Below are positions 37,173 through 46,209 of a stretch of DNA of 64,000 bases, one piece after another (position 1 is the stretch's first letter; each line of letters opens with the position of its first letter). This stretch comes from Lutibacter sp. (GTDB lineage: Bacteria; Bacteroidota; Bacteroidia; Flavobacteriales; Flavobacteriaceae): NCBI RefSeq assembly GCF_046055765.1, contig NZ_JASFZF010000040.1, positions 16,536 through 80,535 on the forward strand. The letters are read 5' to 3'. The notes beneath the pieces are model-generated. The model saw nothing but the letters and a program-made list of their open reading frames with translations. It did not search any database and was not told the origin of the DNA. The translations under genes and the position numbers were made by a program.

Positions 37173-37931
37173 ATGAAAATTGTAATTTCACCAGCCAAAT
37201 CATTAGATTTTGAAACTCAAACTCCAACTTCAAAATTCACACAAGGATTTTTTTTAAATGAAGCCTCAATATTAAATGCTGTTTTAAAAAAGAAATCACC
37301 TAAAAAATTATCAGAATTAATGAGTATATCTCCAAAATTAGGAGAATTAAATTGGCAACGAAATCAAGATTGGCATTTGCCATTTACCTTAGAAAATGCA
37401 AAGCAAGCTGTTTTTGCTTTTAAAGGTGACGTTTATATTGGATTAGATGCGTACACACTTTCTGAAAATCAGCTAGAGCAACTTCAACATAAATTAAGAA
37501 TTTTATCTGGTCAATATGGAGTATTGAAACCATTAGATTTAATGCAACCATATCGTTTAGAAATGGGAACAAAACTAAAAGTTAGTAGAAAAAATAATTT
37601 GTATCAGTTTTGGGGAGAATCAGTCACCAAAGCTATCAATGAAGAATTAGTAGAAAATGAAGTTTTTGTAAATTTAGCAAGTAACGAATATTTTAAAGTA
37701 GTTAAACCGAATCTTTTAAAAGTGCCTGTAATTACGCCTGTTTTTAAAGATTATAAAGATGGGAAACTTAAAATAATTAGTTTTTTCGCAAAAAAGGCAA
37801 GAGGGTTAATGGTGCGTTATATTATTAATAATAATATTGAAAATACAGAAAATTTAAAAGGTTTTAATTATGAAGGTTATGCTTTCGACGCCAATTTATC
37901 TTCTGAAAGTGAATTAGTATTTACTCGATAA
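37173..37931 (+). CDS. yaaA: peroxide stress protein YaaA (DUF328/UPF0246)
   Basis: Characteristic start MKIVISPAKSLDFE; 252 aa. Confidence 0.85.
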   Translation: MKIVISPAKSLDFETQTPTSKFTQGFFLNEASILNAVLKKKSPKKLSELMSISPKLGELNWQRNQDWHLPFTLENAKQAVFAFKGDVYIGLDAYTLSENQLEQLQHKLRILSGQYGVLKPLDLMQPYRLEMGTKLKVSRKNNLYQFWGESVTKAINEELVENEVFVNLASNEYFKVVKPNLLKVPVITPVFKDYKDGKLKIISFFAKKARGLMVRYIINNNIENTENLKGFNYEGYAFDANLSSESELVFTR

Positions 37932-37960
37932 TTTTATGAAAATTCTAATTCAATTAATAT

Positions 37961-37995
37961 AAAATAAAAGCCCGCTTTTAGCGGGCTTTTATTTT
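37961..37995. terminator. bidirectional rho-independent terminator (yaaA / DUF2853 gene)
   Basis: AAAATAAAAGCCCGC-tttta-GCGGGCTTTTATTTT lies between the two convergent genes. Confidence 0.85.
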
Positions 37996-38012
37996 AGTAA
38001 GAATGGTAATAT

Positions 38013-38348
38013 TTAGTATTTAGATTCTTGATCTAATTCTTTTACTAATAAATAATAAACAATTGCTCTATATTTATTACGGTTAGATTTCCCCATTTTC
38101 CCCATAACAGTGGCGATAGCATTATCTAATTTAGCATCATCTGAAAGTCCTAACTTTTTTATTAAAAAGTTGTTTTTTACAGTTGCAAGTTCTTTAGCAT
38201 CTGACCCAGATACAGTTTCAGCATCTTTTTTGTAGATTGAAGGTCCTAAACCTTTAGTAACTTTTGCAAATAAATCAGCATCAAAGCTAATCCCTAAATC
38301 TTTCATTGCACCTTGATAAAGTGCTATTTTTTCATCAAATTTACTCAT
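38013..38348 (-). CDS. DUF2853 family protein
   Basis: About 111 aa starting MSKFDEKIALYQGAMKDLGI... The family was recalled from memory. ATG 38348 is preferred over TTG 38357. Confidence 0.5.
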   Translation of the reverse strand: MSKFDEKIALYQGAMKDLGISFDADLFAKVTKGLGPSIYKKDAETVSGSDAKELATVKNNFLIKKLGLSDDAKLDNAIATVMGKMGKSNRNKYRAIVYYLLVKELDQESKY

Positions 38349-38427
38349 GAATAACAAATTTTTTTATTAATAATAAAGTTCTTATAATCAAATATAAAAA
38401 ATATTATTTGCATGAAGTAATTTTATG

Positions 38428-38922
38428 CTAACAATCTGCTATATTTATACTTACTGCGAAATCTCCTTCTAAAATTTCTTTGTATTTGGAGTTCATATTT
38501 TTTACCTTTTGAATTGGGAATGGAAAAGTATTGTAAATTTTAGTAGTTTTATTAAGTCCTATAAATTTTATACCATTTGAGTGAAATGGTAAAAACTCTC
38601 TATTGAAAATAATATCGGTTGAAGGATTAAAATCGATTATAATTATGTCCACCAAAATTAATAGAGTTTAACTTTTTAATATTATCAATAAGAAGTGCAC
38701 ATTAACTAGAAACATATTCTGGATCTTTACATTCTAAGCCTAAAAGAATGGCTAAATCTGTAGCGTGACCTTTACTGGTTAATGATAGTGAACCATATAA
38801 ATCAACTTTAATTTTTTTAAGTGATTTATCCATCTTCCAGCTGCGCGCCAAGGTCCTAAAGTATGTGAACTTGAAGGTTCAACACCTATTTAAAGCATAT
38901 CAAATATTAAAATACACTCCAT
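38428..38922 (-). pseudogene. sdaA: decayed remnant of iron-sulfur L-serine dehydratase (N-terminal ~130 codons only)
   Basis: Own minus-strand translation: [29 protein letters not shown], then a frameshift/deletion, then [38 protein letters not shown], then a frameshift, then IIIDFNPSTDIIFNREFLPFHSNGIKF... In-frame stops lie at 38890..38892 and 38702..38704. The C-terminal two thirds of the enzyme are absent. Confidence 0.8.
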
Positions 38923-39125
38923 TTTTAGTGCTTAAATATATGCTTTTGTAAAATATAATGTCAATAATAGAAGCTATTTTACTTTTGCGCTATTTCAGTG
39001 ACAAATAAACAAATGTTTTATATTAATTGTGACAACTTGACATATTTTTTCTAATGGCATAATCATTGACTATTTGTTGATGTGAGTTTAAAAAAAATTA
39101 AAAACAAAAAATTAAATATATAGTT

Positions 39126-41039
39126 ATGAGTAAAATTATAGGAATAGATTTAGGAACTACCAACTCTTGCGTTTCTGTAATGGAAGGAAATGAGCCTGTT
39201 GTAATTCCAAATGCAGAAGGAAAAAGAACAACACCTTCTATTGTTGCATTTATTGAAGGTGGTGAAAGAAAAGTAGGAGATCCTGCAAAAAGACAAGCGG
39301 TAACAAACCCTTTAAAAACAATTTATTCAATTAAACGTTTTATGGGTAATAAGTATTCTGAATCTAAAATGGAAGCAGAACGCGTACCTTATAAAGTGGT
39401 TAAAGGAGATAATGACACACCACGTGTTGATATTGATGGAAGATTGTATACACCACAAGAAATTTCTGCAATGATTCTTCAAAAAATGAAGAAAACAGCA
39501 GAAGATTATTTAGGAACTGAAGTTGTTGAAGCAATTGTAACAGTACCAGCATATTTTAACGATGCGCAACGCCAAGCAACTAAAGAAGCAGGTGAAATTG
39601 CAGGTTTAAAAGTAAGTCGTATTATTAATGAACCTACAGCTGCAGCACTAGCTTATGGTTTAGACAAGAAAAATGAAGATAAAAAAATTGCAGTATTTGA
39701 TTTTGGTGGAGGAACACATGATGTTTCCATATTAGAATTAGGAGATGGTGTCTTTGAAGTATTAGCTACTGATGGTGATACACATTTAGGTGGTGATGAT
39801 GTTGATCAAAAAATTATAGATTGGTTAGCTGAAGAGTTTAAAGCTGAAGAAAATATAGATCTAAGAAAAGATCCTATGGCTTTACAGCGTTTAAAAGAAG
39901 CCGCTGAAAAAGCAAAGATTGAATTATCATCTTCTGCAACTACTGAAATAAATTTACCGTATGTTACTGCAACTGCAAGCGGCCCAAAACACTTGGTACG
40001 TAGTTTAACAAAAGCTAAATTTGAACAATTAATTGATGATTTAGTAAAAAGAACTATTAAACCTTGTAAAACAGCGTTAAATGCAGCAGGATTATCAACA
40101 GGTGATATAGATGAAATTATTTTAGTTGGTGGCTCAACTCGTATTCCTGCGGTTGTTGAAGCAGTTGAAAAATTCTTCGGAAAAGCACCTTCAAAAGGTG
40201 TAAATCCAGATGAGGTTGTTGCAGTAGGTGCAGCAATTCAAGGAGGGGTTTTAACAGGAGATGTGAAAGATGTATTATTATTAGATGTTACGCCACTTTC
40301 TTTAGGTATTGAAACTATGGGAAATGTAATGACTAAATTAATTGATGCTAATACAACCATTCCAACAAAAAAATCGCAAGTATTTTCAACAGCTGCGGAT
40401 AATCAGCCATCTGTGGAAATTCATGTACTGCAAGGTGAACGTGCAATGGCAGCAGATAATAAAACAATTGGTCGTTTTCATTTAGAAGGTATCCCACCAG
40501 CACAAAGAGGAACTCCACAAATTGAAGTAACTTTTGATATTGATGCGAACGGTATTATTCACGTAGCAGCTACAGATAAAGCTACTAATAAAACACAAGA
40601 TGTTAGAATTGAAGCTTCTTCTGGTTTAACGGATGAAGAAATCCAAAAAATGAAAGCTGATGCTGAAGCAAATGCTGATGCTGATAAAAATGCAAAAGAA
40701 GTTGCTGAAAAAATTAATGGAGCTGATTCTATGATTTTTCAAACAGAAAAGCAATTAAAAGAGTTTGGAGATAAATTATCAGCAGATAAAAAAGATCCAA
40801 TTGAAGCTGCACTTACAGAATTAAAAAAAGCACACGAATCTAAAGATATTGTACAAATTGATGCCGCAATGGAAAAGATAAATGAAGCTTGGAAAGTAGC
40901 AAGTGAAGAAATGTATAAAGCACAACAAGAGACTGAAGGGCAAGGTGCACCAACTGGTGATGCTGGAAATGAACAACCTAAAGATGAAAATGATAATGTT
41001 GAAGATGTTGACTTTGAAGAGGTAAAAGAAGATAAATAA
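39126..41039 (+). CDS. dnaK: molecular chaperone DnaK (Hsp70)
   Basis: [20 protein letters not shown] and [11 protein letters not shown]-type motifs; 637 aa. Confidence 0.98.
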   Translation: MSKIIGIDLGTTNSCVSVMEGNEPVVIPNAEGKRTTPSIVAFIEGGERKVGDPAKRQAVTNPLKTIYSIKRFMGNKYSESKMEAERVPYKVVKGDNDTPRVDIDGRLYTPQEISAMILQKMKKTAEDYLGTEVVEAIVTVPAYFNDAQRQATKEAGEIAGLKVSRIINEPTAAALAYGLDKKNEDKKIAVFDFGGGTHDVSILELGDGVFEVLATDGDTHLGGDDVDQKIIDWLAEEFKAEENIDLRKDPMALQRLKEAAEKAKIELSSSATTEINLPYVTATASGPKHLVRSLTKAKFEQLIDDLVKRTIKPCKTALNAAGLSTGDIDEIILVGGSTRIPAVVEAVEKFFGKAPSKGVNPDEVVAVGAAIQGGVLTGDVKDVLLLDVTPLSLGIETMGNVMTKLIDANTTIPTKKSQVFSTAADNQPSVEIHVLQGERAMAADNKTIGRFHLEGIPPAQRGTPQIEVTFDIDANGIIHVAATDKATNKTQDVRIEASSGLTDEEIQKMKADAEANADADKNAKEVAEKINGADSMIFQTEKQLKEFGDKLSADKKDPIEAALTELKKAHESKDIVQIDAAMEKINEAWKVASEEMYKAQQETEGQGAPTGDAGNEQPKDENDNVEDVDFEEVKEDK

Positions 41040-41063
41040 TATTGGTTGAAATATTTTAAAAAG

Positions 41064-41090
41064 CACTTCCTTAATGGAAGTGTTTTTTTT
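41064..41090 (+). terminator. rho-independent terminator of dnaK
   Basis: CACTTCC-ttaat-GGAAGTG followed by T8. Confidence 0.8.
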
Positions 41091-41126
41091 GTTAAAATCA
41101 AATTGTTATGCACGCATAATATTTAG

Positions 41127-41134
41127 TATATTTG
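41127..41134 (+). promoter_or_regulatory. candidate -7 box (TATATTTG) for the nitronate monooxygenase-like gene
   Basis: TAnnTTTG match, 14 nt upstream of ATG 41149. Confidence 0.35.
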
Positions 41135-41148
41135 AAAAAATCACCAAA

Positions 41149-42099
41149 ATGAAAAGTGTTAAATTAAATAAACTTTTAAACATTAAATACCCAATAATTC
41201 AAGCACCAATGTTTTTAGTGTCAAATACTAAAATGGTAATTGAAGCTATGAAAAGTGGTATTGCGGGTTGTATTCCGGCTTTAAATTATAAAACTCTTAA
41301 AGAATTAAGAGTCGCAATAAAAGAACTAAGAACAGCAAAACTTGAAGGAGGTTCGTTTGGGTTTAACCTTATTGTGAATAAATCAAATATTAAATATAAA
41401 GATCAGTTAAAGGTAATTTGTGAAGAAGGTGTAGATTTTATAATTACGTCGTTGGGTAGTCCTGAGGAAACTATAAATCAAGCTCATAAAAAGAATATTA
41501 AAGTATTTTGCGATGTAACCGATTTAAAATTTGCTAAAAAAGTTGAAAGTTTAGGAGCAGATGCTATTATTGCTGTAAATAATGAAGCAGGTGGTCATAG
41601 AGGAGCTATTTCACCCAAAGATTTAATAACTGAACTAGTTAAAAACTGTACCATTCCTGTAATTTCAGCTGGTGGCGTTGGTTGTAAAGCAGATATTGAT
41701 AAAATGTTAAGTTATGGAGCTGAAGGCGTTTCAGTTGGAAGTCCGTTTATAGCTTCTTTGGAAGCTAGCGTAACAGCGGAATATAAACAAGCCTGTGTTG
41801 ATAACGGAGCTGATGATATAATAATGACAGAAAGAATTTCTGGAACTCCTTGTACGGTTATAAATACACCTTATGTTCAGAAAATTGGGACAAAACAATC
41901 TTGGATAGAATCATTTTTAAACAAGAATAAGAAACTAAAAAAATGGGTAAAACTAATTCGTTTTTTAATTGGCACAAATACCGTTACAAATGCAGCCACA
42001 AAAGCTACGTATAAAACAGTTTGGGTTGCTGGACCAAGTATTGAGTATACCAAGGCTATTTTACCGGTTAAAGAAATAATAGAGAATTTAGTGAGGTAA
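41149..42099 (+). CDS. NAD(P)H-dependent flavin oxidoreductase (nitronate monooxygenase / FabK-like family)
   Basis: KYPIIQAPM start, a TIM-barrel FMN pattern, and AVNNEAGGHRG. ATG 41149 is preferred; the track start 41074 lies inside the dnaK terminator. Confidence 0.75.
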   Translation: MKSVKLNKLLNIKYPIIQAPMFLVSNTKMVIEAMKSGIAGCIPALNYKTLKELRVAIKELRTAKLEGGSFGFNLIVNKSNIKYKDQLKVICEEGVDFIITSLGSPEETINQAHKKNIKVFCDVTDLKFAKKVESLGADAIIAVNNEAGGHRGAISPKDLITELVKNCTIPVISAGGVGCKADIDKMLSYGAEGVSVGSPFIASLEASVTAEYKQACVDNGADDIIMTERISGTPCTVINTPYVQKIGTKQSWIESFLNKNKKLKKWVKLIRFLIGTNTVTNAATKATYKTVWVAGPSIEYTKAILPVKEIIENLVR

Positions 42100-42129
42100 A
42101 ATTACTTGTATTAGATTTATAATTAAAAA

Positions 42130-42170
42130 TTCGATTACTTTATTCTTAATAAGAAAGAAAAGTAATCGAA
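42130..42170. terminator. long bidirectional hairpin between convergent genes
   Basis: TTCGATTACTTT...AAAGTAATCGAA forms a 12-bp perfect outer stem with an inner TTCTTA/TAAGAA palindrome. Confidence 0.65.
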
Positions 42171-42200
42171 TCTTTAATTAACTAACAATTAAAATCTAAG

Positions 42201-42764
42201 TTATGAAATGTTTTCAGTAACTTTTAATGGGGTAACTTTATTCATTCCCATAGTAATAGCTTCTTTATTTAATGGTATTAAATGATGATATCGTTCAGAT
42301 AAAGATTTTTTTAATCCTTCAATTACATTATCTAATTTAACAATAGGTTTTACTTTTAGAAATGCACCTAATACCACCATATTAAATATTTTTTTGTTTC
42401 CCATTTCAGTAGCTAATTTTGTACCTTCAATTTGGAAAATGTTAATATCAGTTCTTGTAGGATGATGAGAAATACCATTAGGGTCATATAATAAAATGCC
42501 TCCAGGTTTCACAGTTTCTTCAAATTTATCCATTGATTGTTGATTCAAAATAATGGCAGTATCAAATATTTGTAAGTATGGAGAACTAATTTTATCATCG
42601 CTTAAAATAACGGTTACGTTTGCAGTACCACCACGCATTTCTGGTCCATACGATGGCATCCAACTAACTTCTTGATCTTGCATTATGCCAGAATAGGCTA
42701 ATATTTTCCCCATTGATAGTACTCCTTGACCACCAAAACCTGCTATTATAATTTCTTCTGTCAT
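42201..42764 (-). CDS. 2-oxoacid:ferredoxin oxidoreductase gamma subunit
   Basis: 187 aa with the GFGGQGV start typical of gamma subunits. It is the last gene of the delta-alpha-beta-gamma cluster. Confidence 0.85.
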   Translation of the reverse strand: MTEEIIIAGFGGQGVLSMGKILAYSGIMQDQEVSWMPSYGPEMRGGTANVTVILSDDKISSPYLQIFDTAIILNQQSMDKFEETVKPGGILLYDPNGISHHPTRTDINIFQIEGTKLATEMGNKKIFNMVVLGAFLKVKPIVKLDNVIEGLKKSLSERYHHLIPLNKEAITMGMNKVTPLKVTENIS

Positions 42765-42769
42765 AATTT

Positions 42770-43543
42770 TTATTTTAATTTACCATTAACTTTAATATCT
42801 CCAAGAGGAAAGTATGGAAACATATTTTCTTCCATCCAAATATTAGATTCATTAGGTGTCATTTTCCAACCTGAATTACAGTTTGATACAATTTCTACAA
42901 ACGAAAGCCCTTTTTTAAGGCGTGTATTTTCAAAAGCTTTTCTAATTGCTTTTTTAGCTTTTCTCACACTTTTATGATTGTGAACTGCTTGACGAGTTAC
43001 ATAATATACACCAGGTAAATTTGCAACTAATTCAGTCATTTTTAAAGGAGATCCCATTGTTTCAATTTCTCTCCCATAGGGTGAGGTTGAAGATTTCATT
43101 CCTTCTAAAGTAGTTGGAGCCATTTGTCCACCAGTCATTCCATAAATACCATTATTAATAAAAATAATAACAATATTTTCACCTCTATTACAAGCGTGGA
43201 TTGTTTCTGCTGTTCCTATGGCTGCTAAATCACCATCACCTTGGTAGGTAAATACATATTTCTCTGGCCAAGTTCTAGCAATAGCTGTAGCAACAGCAGG
43301 TGCACGTCCATGAGCAGCTTGTGTAATATCAATATTCATAAAATCGTAAGCTAAAACAGAACAACCAACTGGAGCAACACCAATAGTATCTTCTTGGATT
43401 CCCATTTCATCAATCACTTCCATGGTTAAATTATGCGCAGTACCATGACCACAACCAGGACAATAAGACAAGGGTGTGTCGGTCATTAATTTTGTTTTAC
43501 AAAATACTTGGTTTTCTGGTTTTATAATATCTAATATGTCCAT
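42770..43543 (-). CDS. 2-oxoacid:ferredoxin oxidoreductase beta subunit (TPP-binding)
   Basis: CPGCGHG cluster-ligand region and the TPP motif YQGDGDLAAIG...NN. Confidence 0.88.
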   Translation of the reverse strand: MDILDIIKPENQVFCKTKLMTDTPLSYCPGCGHGTAHNLTMEVIDEMGIQEDTIGVAPVGCSVLAYDFMNIDITQAAHGRAPAVATAIARTWPEKYVFTYQGDGDLAAIGTAETIHACNRGENIVIIFINNGIYGMTGGQMAPTTLEGMKSSTSPYGREIETMGSPLKMTELVANLPGVYYVTRQAVHNHKSVRKAKKAIRKAFENTRLKKGLSFVEIVSNCNSGWKMTPNESNIWMEENMFPYFPLGDIKVNGKLK

Positions 43544-44626
43544 TTATTTTATGATTTTTTGTTCTAATGCTTCAAGAATTTCTTCAGGAGTATGAATAAT
43601 TCCTCCAGTTCTACCAAAATGTTCAACAGGTACTTTAAACTCAACAGAGAGTCTAACATCTTCAACCATTTGTCCTGCATTTAACTCAACACTTAATATA
43701 CCTTTTACCTGATCAGCTAATTCAAACAACTCTTGTTTAGGGTAAGGGAATAAAGTAATAGGTCTTAATAAACCAACTTTTAAGCCTTTTTTACGAGCCA
43801 ATTCAACAGCCTTCTGACTAATTCTTGCACTTGATCCATAAGCTACAATTAAATATTCTGCATCATCACACATTATTTTTTCATAGCGTAAATCTTCTTT
43901 TTCCATTTGTTCGTATTTTTTCATTAAACGACGAACTCTAGCCTCCATTTTTTCTGATTGTAAATCAAGTGAAGTAATAATATTACGTTCACGTGTTTTT
44001 GGTTTTCCAGTAGTTGCCCAATCTCCATATTTTTCAATAAGTTCTTCATCTGTCAATCGAGGTTGTTGGTCTTTTAAATTTACTTTTTCCATCATTTGAC
44101 CTATTAGACCATCGGAAAGAATTAATACAGGAGCTCTATATTTAAAAGCAATATCAAAAGCGTCTTCAACAAAATCAGACATTTCTTGCACTGATGCTGG
44201 TGCTAATACATATAATTTGTAATCACCATGTCCACCACCTTTTACAGATTGAAAATAATCGGCTTGTGAAGGTTGAATTGTTCCTAAACCAGGGCCACCT
44301 CTAACAACATTTACAATAACTGCTGGTAATTCAGCACCTGCTAAATATGATATTCCTTCTAATTTAAGAGATATACCGGGACTAGATGAAGATGTTAATA
44401 CTTTTTTACCAGTGCTGGCAGCACCATACACCATATTTATTGCTGCTATTTCACTTTCTGCTTGTAATACAACCATTCCCGTTCTTTTTTCAGGACGCTC
44501 TGCCATTAAATATTCAATAACTTCAGATTGTGGTGTAATTGGGTAGCCAAAATAAGCGTCAGCTCCTGCTCTTATTGCAGCTTCAGCCAATGCTTCGTTA
44601 CCTTTCATTAATTTTAATTCCGCCAT
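43544..44626 (-). CDS. 2-oxoacid:ferredoxin oxidoreductase alpha subunit
   Basis: 360 aa with a pyrimidine-binding-domain pattern (GNEALAEAAIRAG...FGYPITPQSE). It abuts the beta gene with no gap. Confidence 0.88.
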   Translation of the reverse strand: MAELKLMKGNEALAEAAIRAGADAYFGYPITPQSEVIEYLMAERPEKRTGMVVLQAESEIAAINMVYGAASTGKKVLTSSSSPGISLKLEGISYLAGAELPAVIVNVVRGGPGLGTIQPSQADYFQSVKGGGHGDYKLYVLAPASVQEMSDFVEDAFDIAFKYRAPVLILSDGLIGQMMEKVNLKDQQPRLTDEELIEKYGDWATTGKPKTRERNIITSLDLQSEKMEARVRRLMKKYEQMEKEDLRYEKIMCDDAEYLIVAYGSSARISQKAVELARKKGLKVGLLRPITLFPYPKQELFELADQVKGILSVELNAGQMVEDVRLSVEFKVPVEHFGRTGGIIHTPEEILEALEQKIIK

Positions 44627-44644
44627 TCTAATTCGTTTATTAAT

Positions 44645-44875
44645 TTATGCTTGAACTTTTACTCTATACACTGATATTGCTCTATCTGGGCAAACAATTC
44701 CACAGTTTGTACAACCTGTACATGCTTCAGGGTTACTCATATATGCATAGTGATATCCTTTTCTATTTACTTCGGTTGACATACTAATTACATCTTCAGG
44801 ACAAACAGGTATACAAACCTCACATCCTTTACATGTTTCATTATCTACTACAATTGCTCCTTTAACTTTTGCCAT
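44645..44875 (-). CDS. 2x[4Fe-4S] ferredoxin-like delta subunit
   Basis: CKGCEVCIPVCP and CTGCTNCGIVCP motifs; 76 aa. Confidence 0.9.
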   Translation of the reverse strand: MAKVKGAIVVDNETCKGCEVCIPVCPEDVISMSTEVNRKGYHYAYMSNPEACTGCTNCGIVCPDRAISVYRVKVQA

Positions 44876-44921
44876 ATTAATAATTTTATATATAAATAAT
44901 ACGTTGTAATTTTATTATCCT

Positions 44922-44929
44922 CAAAGATA
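44922..44929 (-). promoter_or_regulatory. candidate -7 box (TATCTTTG on minus strand) for the oxidoreductase operon
   Basis: CAAAGATA on the + strand, 46 nt upstream of ATG 44875, bracketed by two ACGTTGTAAT copies. Confidence 0.35.
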
Positions 44930-45261
44930 TAACGAAAACGTTGTAATAACTATGATAAATGTCAATCTGAGGTAATTATCATTAATAGTTTGCACTCTAA
45001 ATATTGAAAAGTTTTAAGTTTTTTTCTATTTGTAAGTGTTTGTTTTACTACTAATTGCAATCTGTATTTTTTAAATTTAGTTTTAATTATCAAATATATT
45101 TTGAATAAAAAGCTGTATAATTTCACTAATTCTTTATTATCTAGTATTTTCGATAAAAATAATGTAAAATAGAAATATTAAAAACTTTGAAAATATCCTA
45201 AAATAATATTAGTTGGTTTTTAATTGAAATTGGTAAATAAATCTACCTAAAATTTAGTAAA

Positions 45262-46110
45262 ATGAATAAATATAAAGTTAATAATACAGTAAATTTAAGA
45301 GAAACTACCACAAAAGTAGTTGATAAAAATGCGGAAAAAAAGCTAAAAAAAATAAGAAAAGAGCTTAGTAAACTTCAAAATACAATGTATGCTGAAGGAA
45401 AATACGCTGTTTTAATTTGTTTACAAGGCATGGATACATCAGGAAAAGATAGTTTAATTAGAGAAGTTTTTAAAGATGTTAACTCGCAAGGTATTAACGT
45501 TCATAGTTTTAAAGTGCCTTCAGAATTAGAAAAAAAACATGATTATTTATGGCGTCATTATATAGCATTACCAGAAAGAGGGAAAATAGGAATTTTTAAT
45601 AGAACTCATTATGAAAATGTTTTAGTAACACGTGTACATCCTGAATATATTATTGGAGAAAATATACCTGCAGCAACAAGTGTTGCGGTGTTAGATGATG
45701 ATTTTTTTACGAATAGGATGGAAGAAATAAATAACTTTGAAGAGCATATTGTAAATAATGGGACTATCATTTTAAAATTCTTTTTAAATCTTTCTAAAGA
45801 AGAACAAAAAAATAGGTTGTTAAGAAGATTGCGTCTAAAAGAAAAAAATTGGAAATTTTCACCAGGCGATTTAAAAGAGCGTAAACTTTGGGATGAATAT
45901 AGATTTTGTTATGAAGATTTGTTAAACAAAACGTCAAAAGAAAATGCTCCTTGGTTTATAATTCCCGCTGATGATAAGCCAACAACTAGGCTGTTAGTTG
46001 CAGAAACAATTTTAAAATCCTTAAAAACATATAATTTTAAAGAGCCTAAACTCCCCAAAAAGTACCAAGTAGAAATAGAAAATTATAAAAAACAACTTGA
46101 AAGTGAGTAA
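45262..46110 (+). CDS. polyphosphate kinase 2 (PPK2) family protein
   Basis: Single PPK2 domain with the Walker-A-like GMDTSGKDS and lid region. Confidence 0.8.
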   Translation: MNKYKVNNTVNLRETTTKVVDKNAEKKLKKIRKELSKLQNTMYAEGKYAVLICLQGMDTSGKDSLIREVFKDVNSQGINVHSFKVPSELEKKHDYLWRHYIALPERGKIGIFNRTHYENVLVTRVHPEYIIGENIPAATSVAVLDDDFFTNRMEEINNFEEHIVNNGTIILKFFLNLSKEEQKNRLLRRLRLKEKNWKFSPGDLKERKLWDEYRFCYEDLLNKTSKENAPWFIIPADDKPTTRLLVAETILKSLKTYNFKEPKLPKKYQVEIENYKKQLESE

Positions 46111-46209
46111 TTTAAAATTTTATTAAAAAATCAATAAAACTACTTATCTAAAAGCATAAATCATAAATTACAAATTGTATATTTACATCTTAATTATTTA
46201 AAATTCACT

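Noticed and set aside
38921-38935. TTAGTGCTT, reminiscent of a CIRCE half-site (TTAGCACTC), upstream of dnaK
   Set aside because: No matching inverted half follows after 9 nt. It lies about 200 nt from dnaK, at the 5' edge of the sdaA remnant.
40739-41113. Antisense ORFs inside dnaK (40739..41113, 40821..41066). Similar short ORFs lie inside other confident genes, e.g. 1330..1536, 2535..2810, 10646..10933, 11291..11695, 15740..16177, 19611..19805, 24527..24844, 27183..27481 and 57681..57983.
   Set aside because: All are embedded opposite or out of frame in long genes with strong motif support. Their low-complexity, Leu/Ile/Phe/Ser-rich translations are typical of AT-rich shadow frames.
41074-41148. 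N-terminal extensions and non-ATG starts proposed by the ORF track (41074, 47492, 12765, 14649, 14579, 13964, 29653, 29700, 5220, 4368, 38357)
   Set aside because: The extensions overlap terminators or upstream genes, or they use TTG/GTG where an in-frame ATG with a family-typical N-terminus (and often a -7 box at 20-27 nt) lies just downstream.
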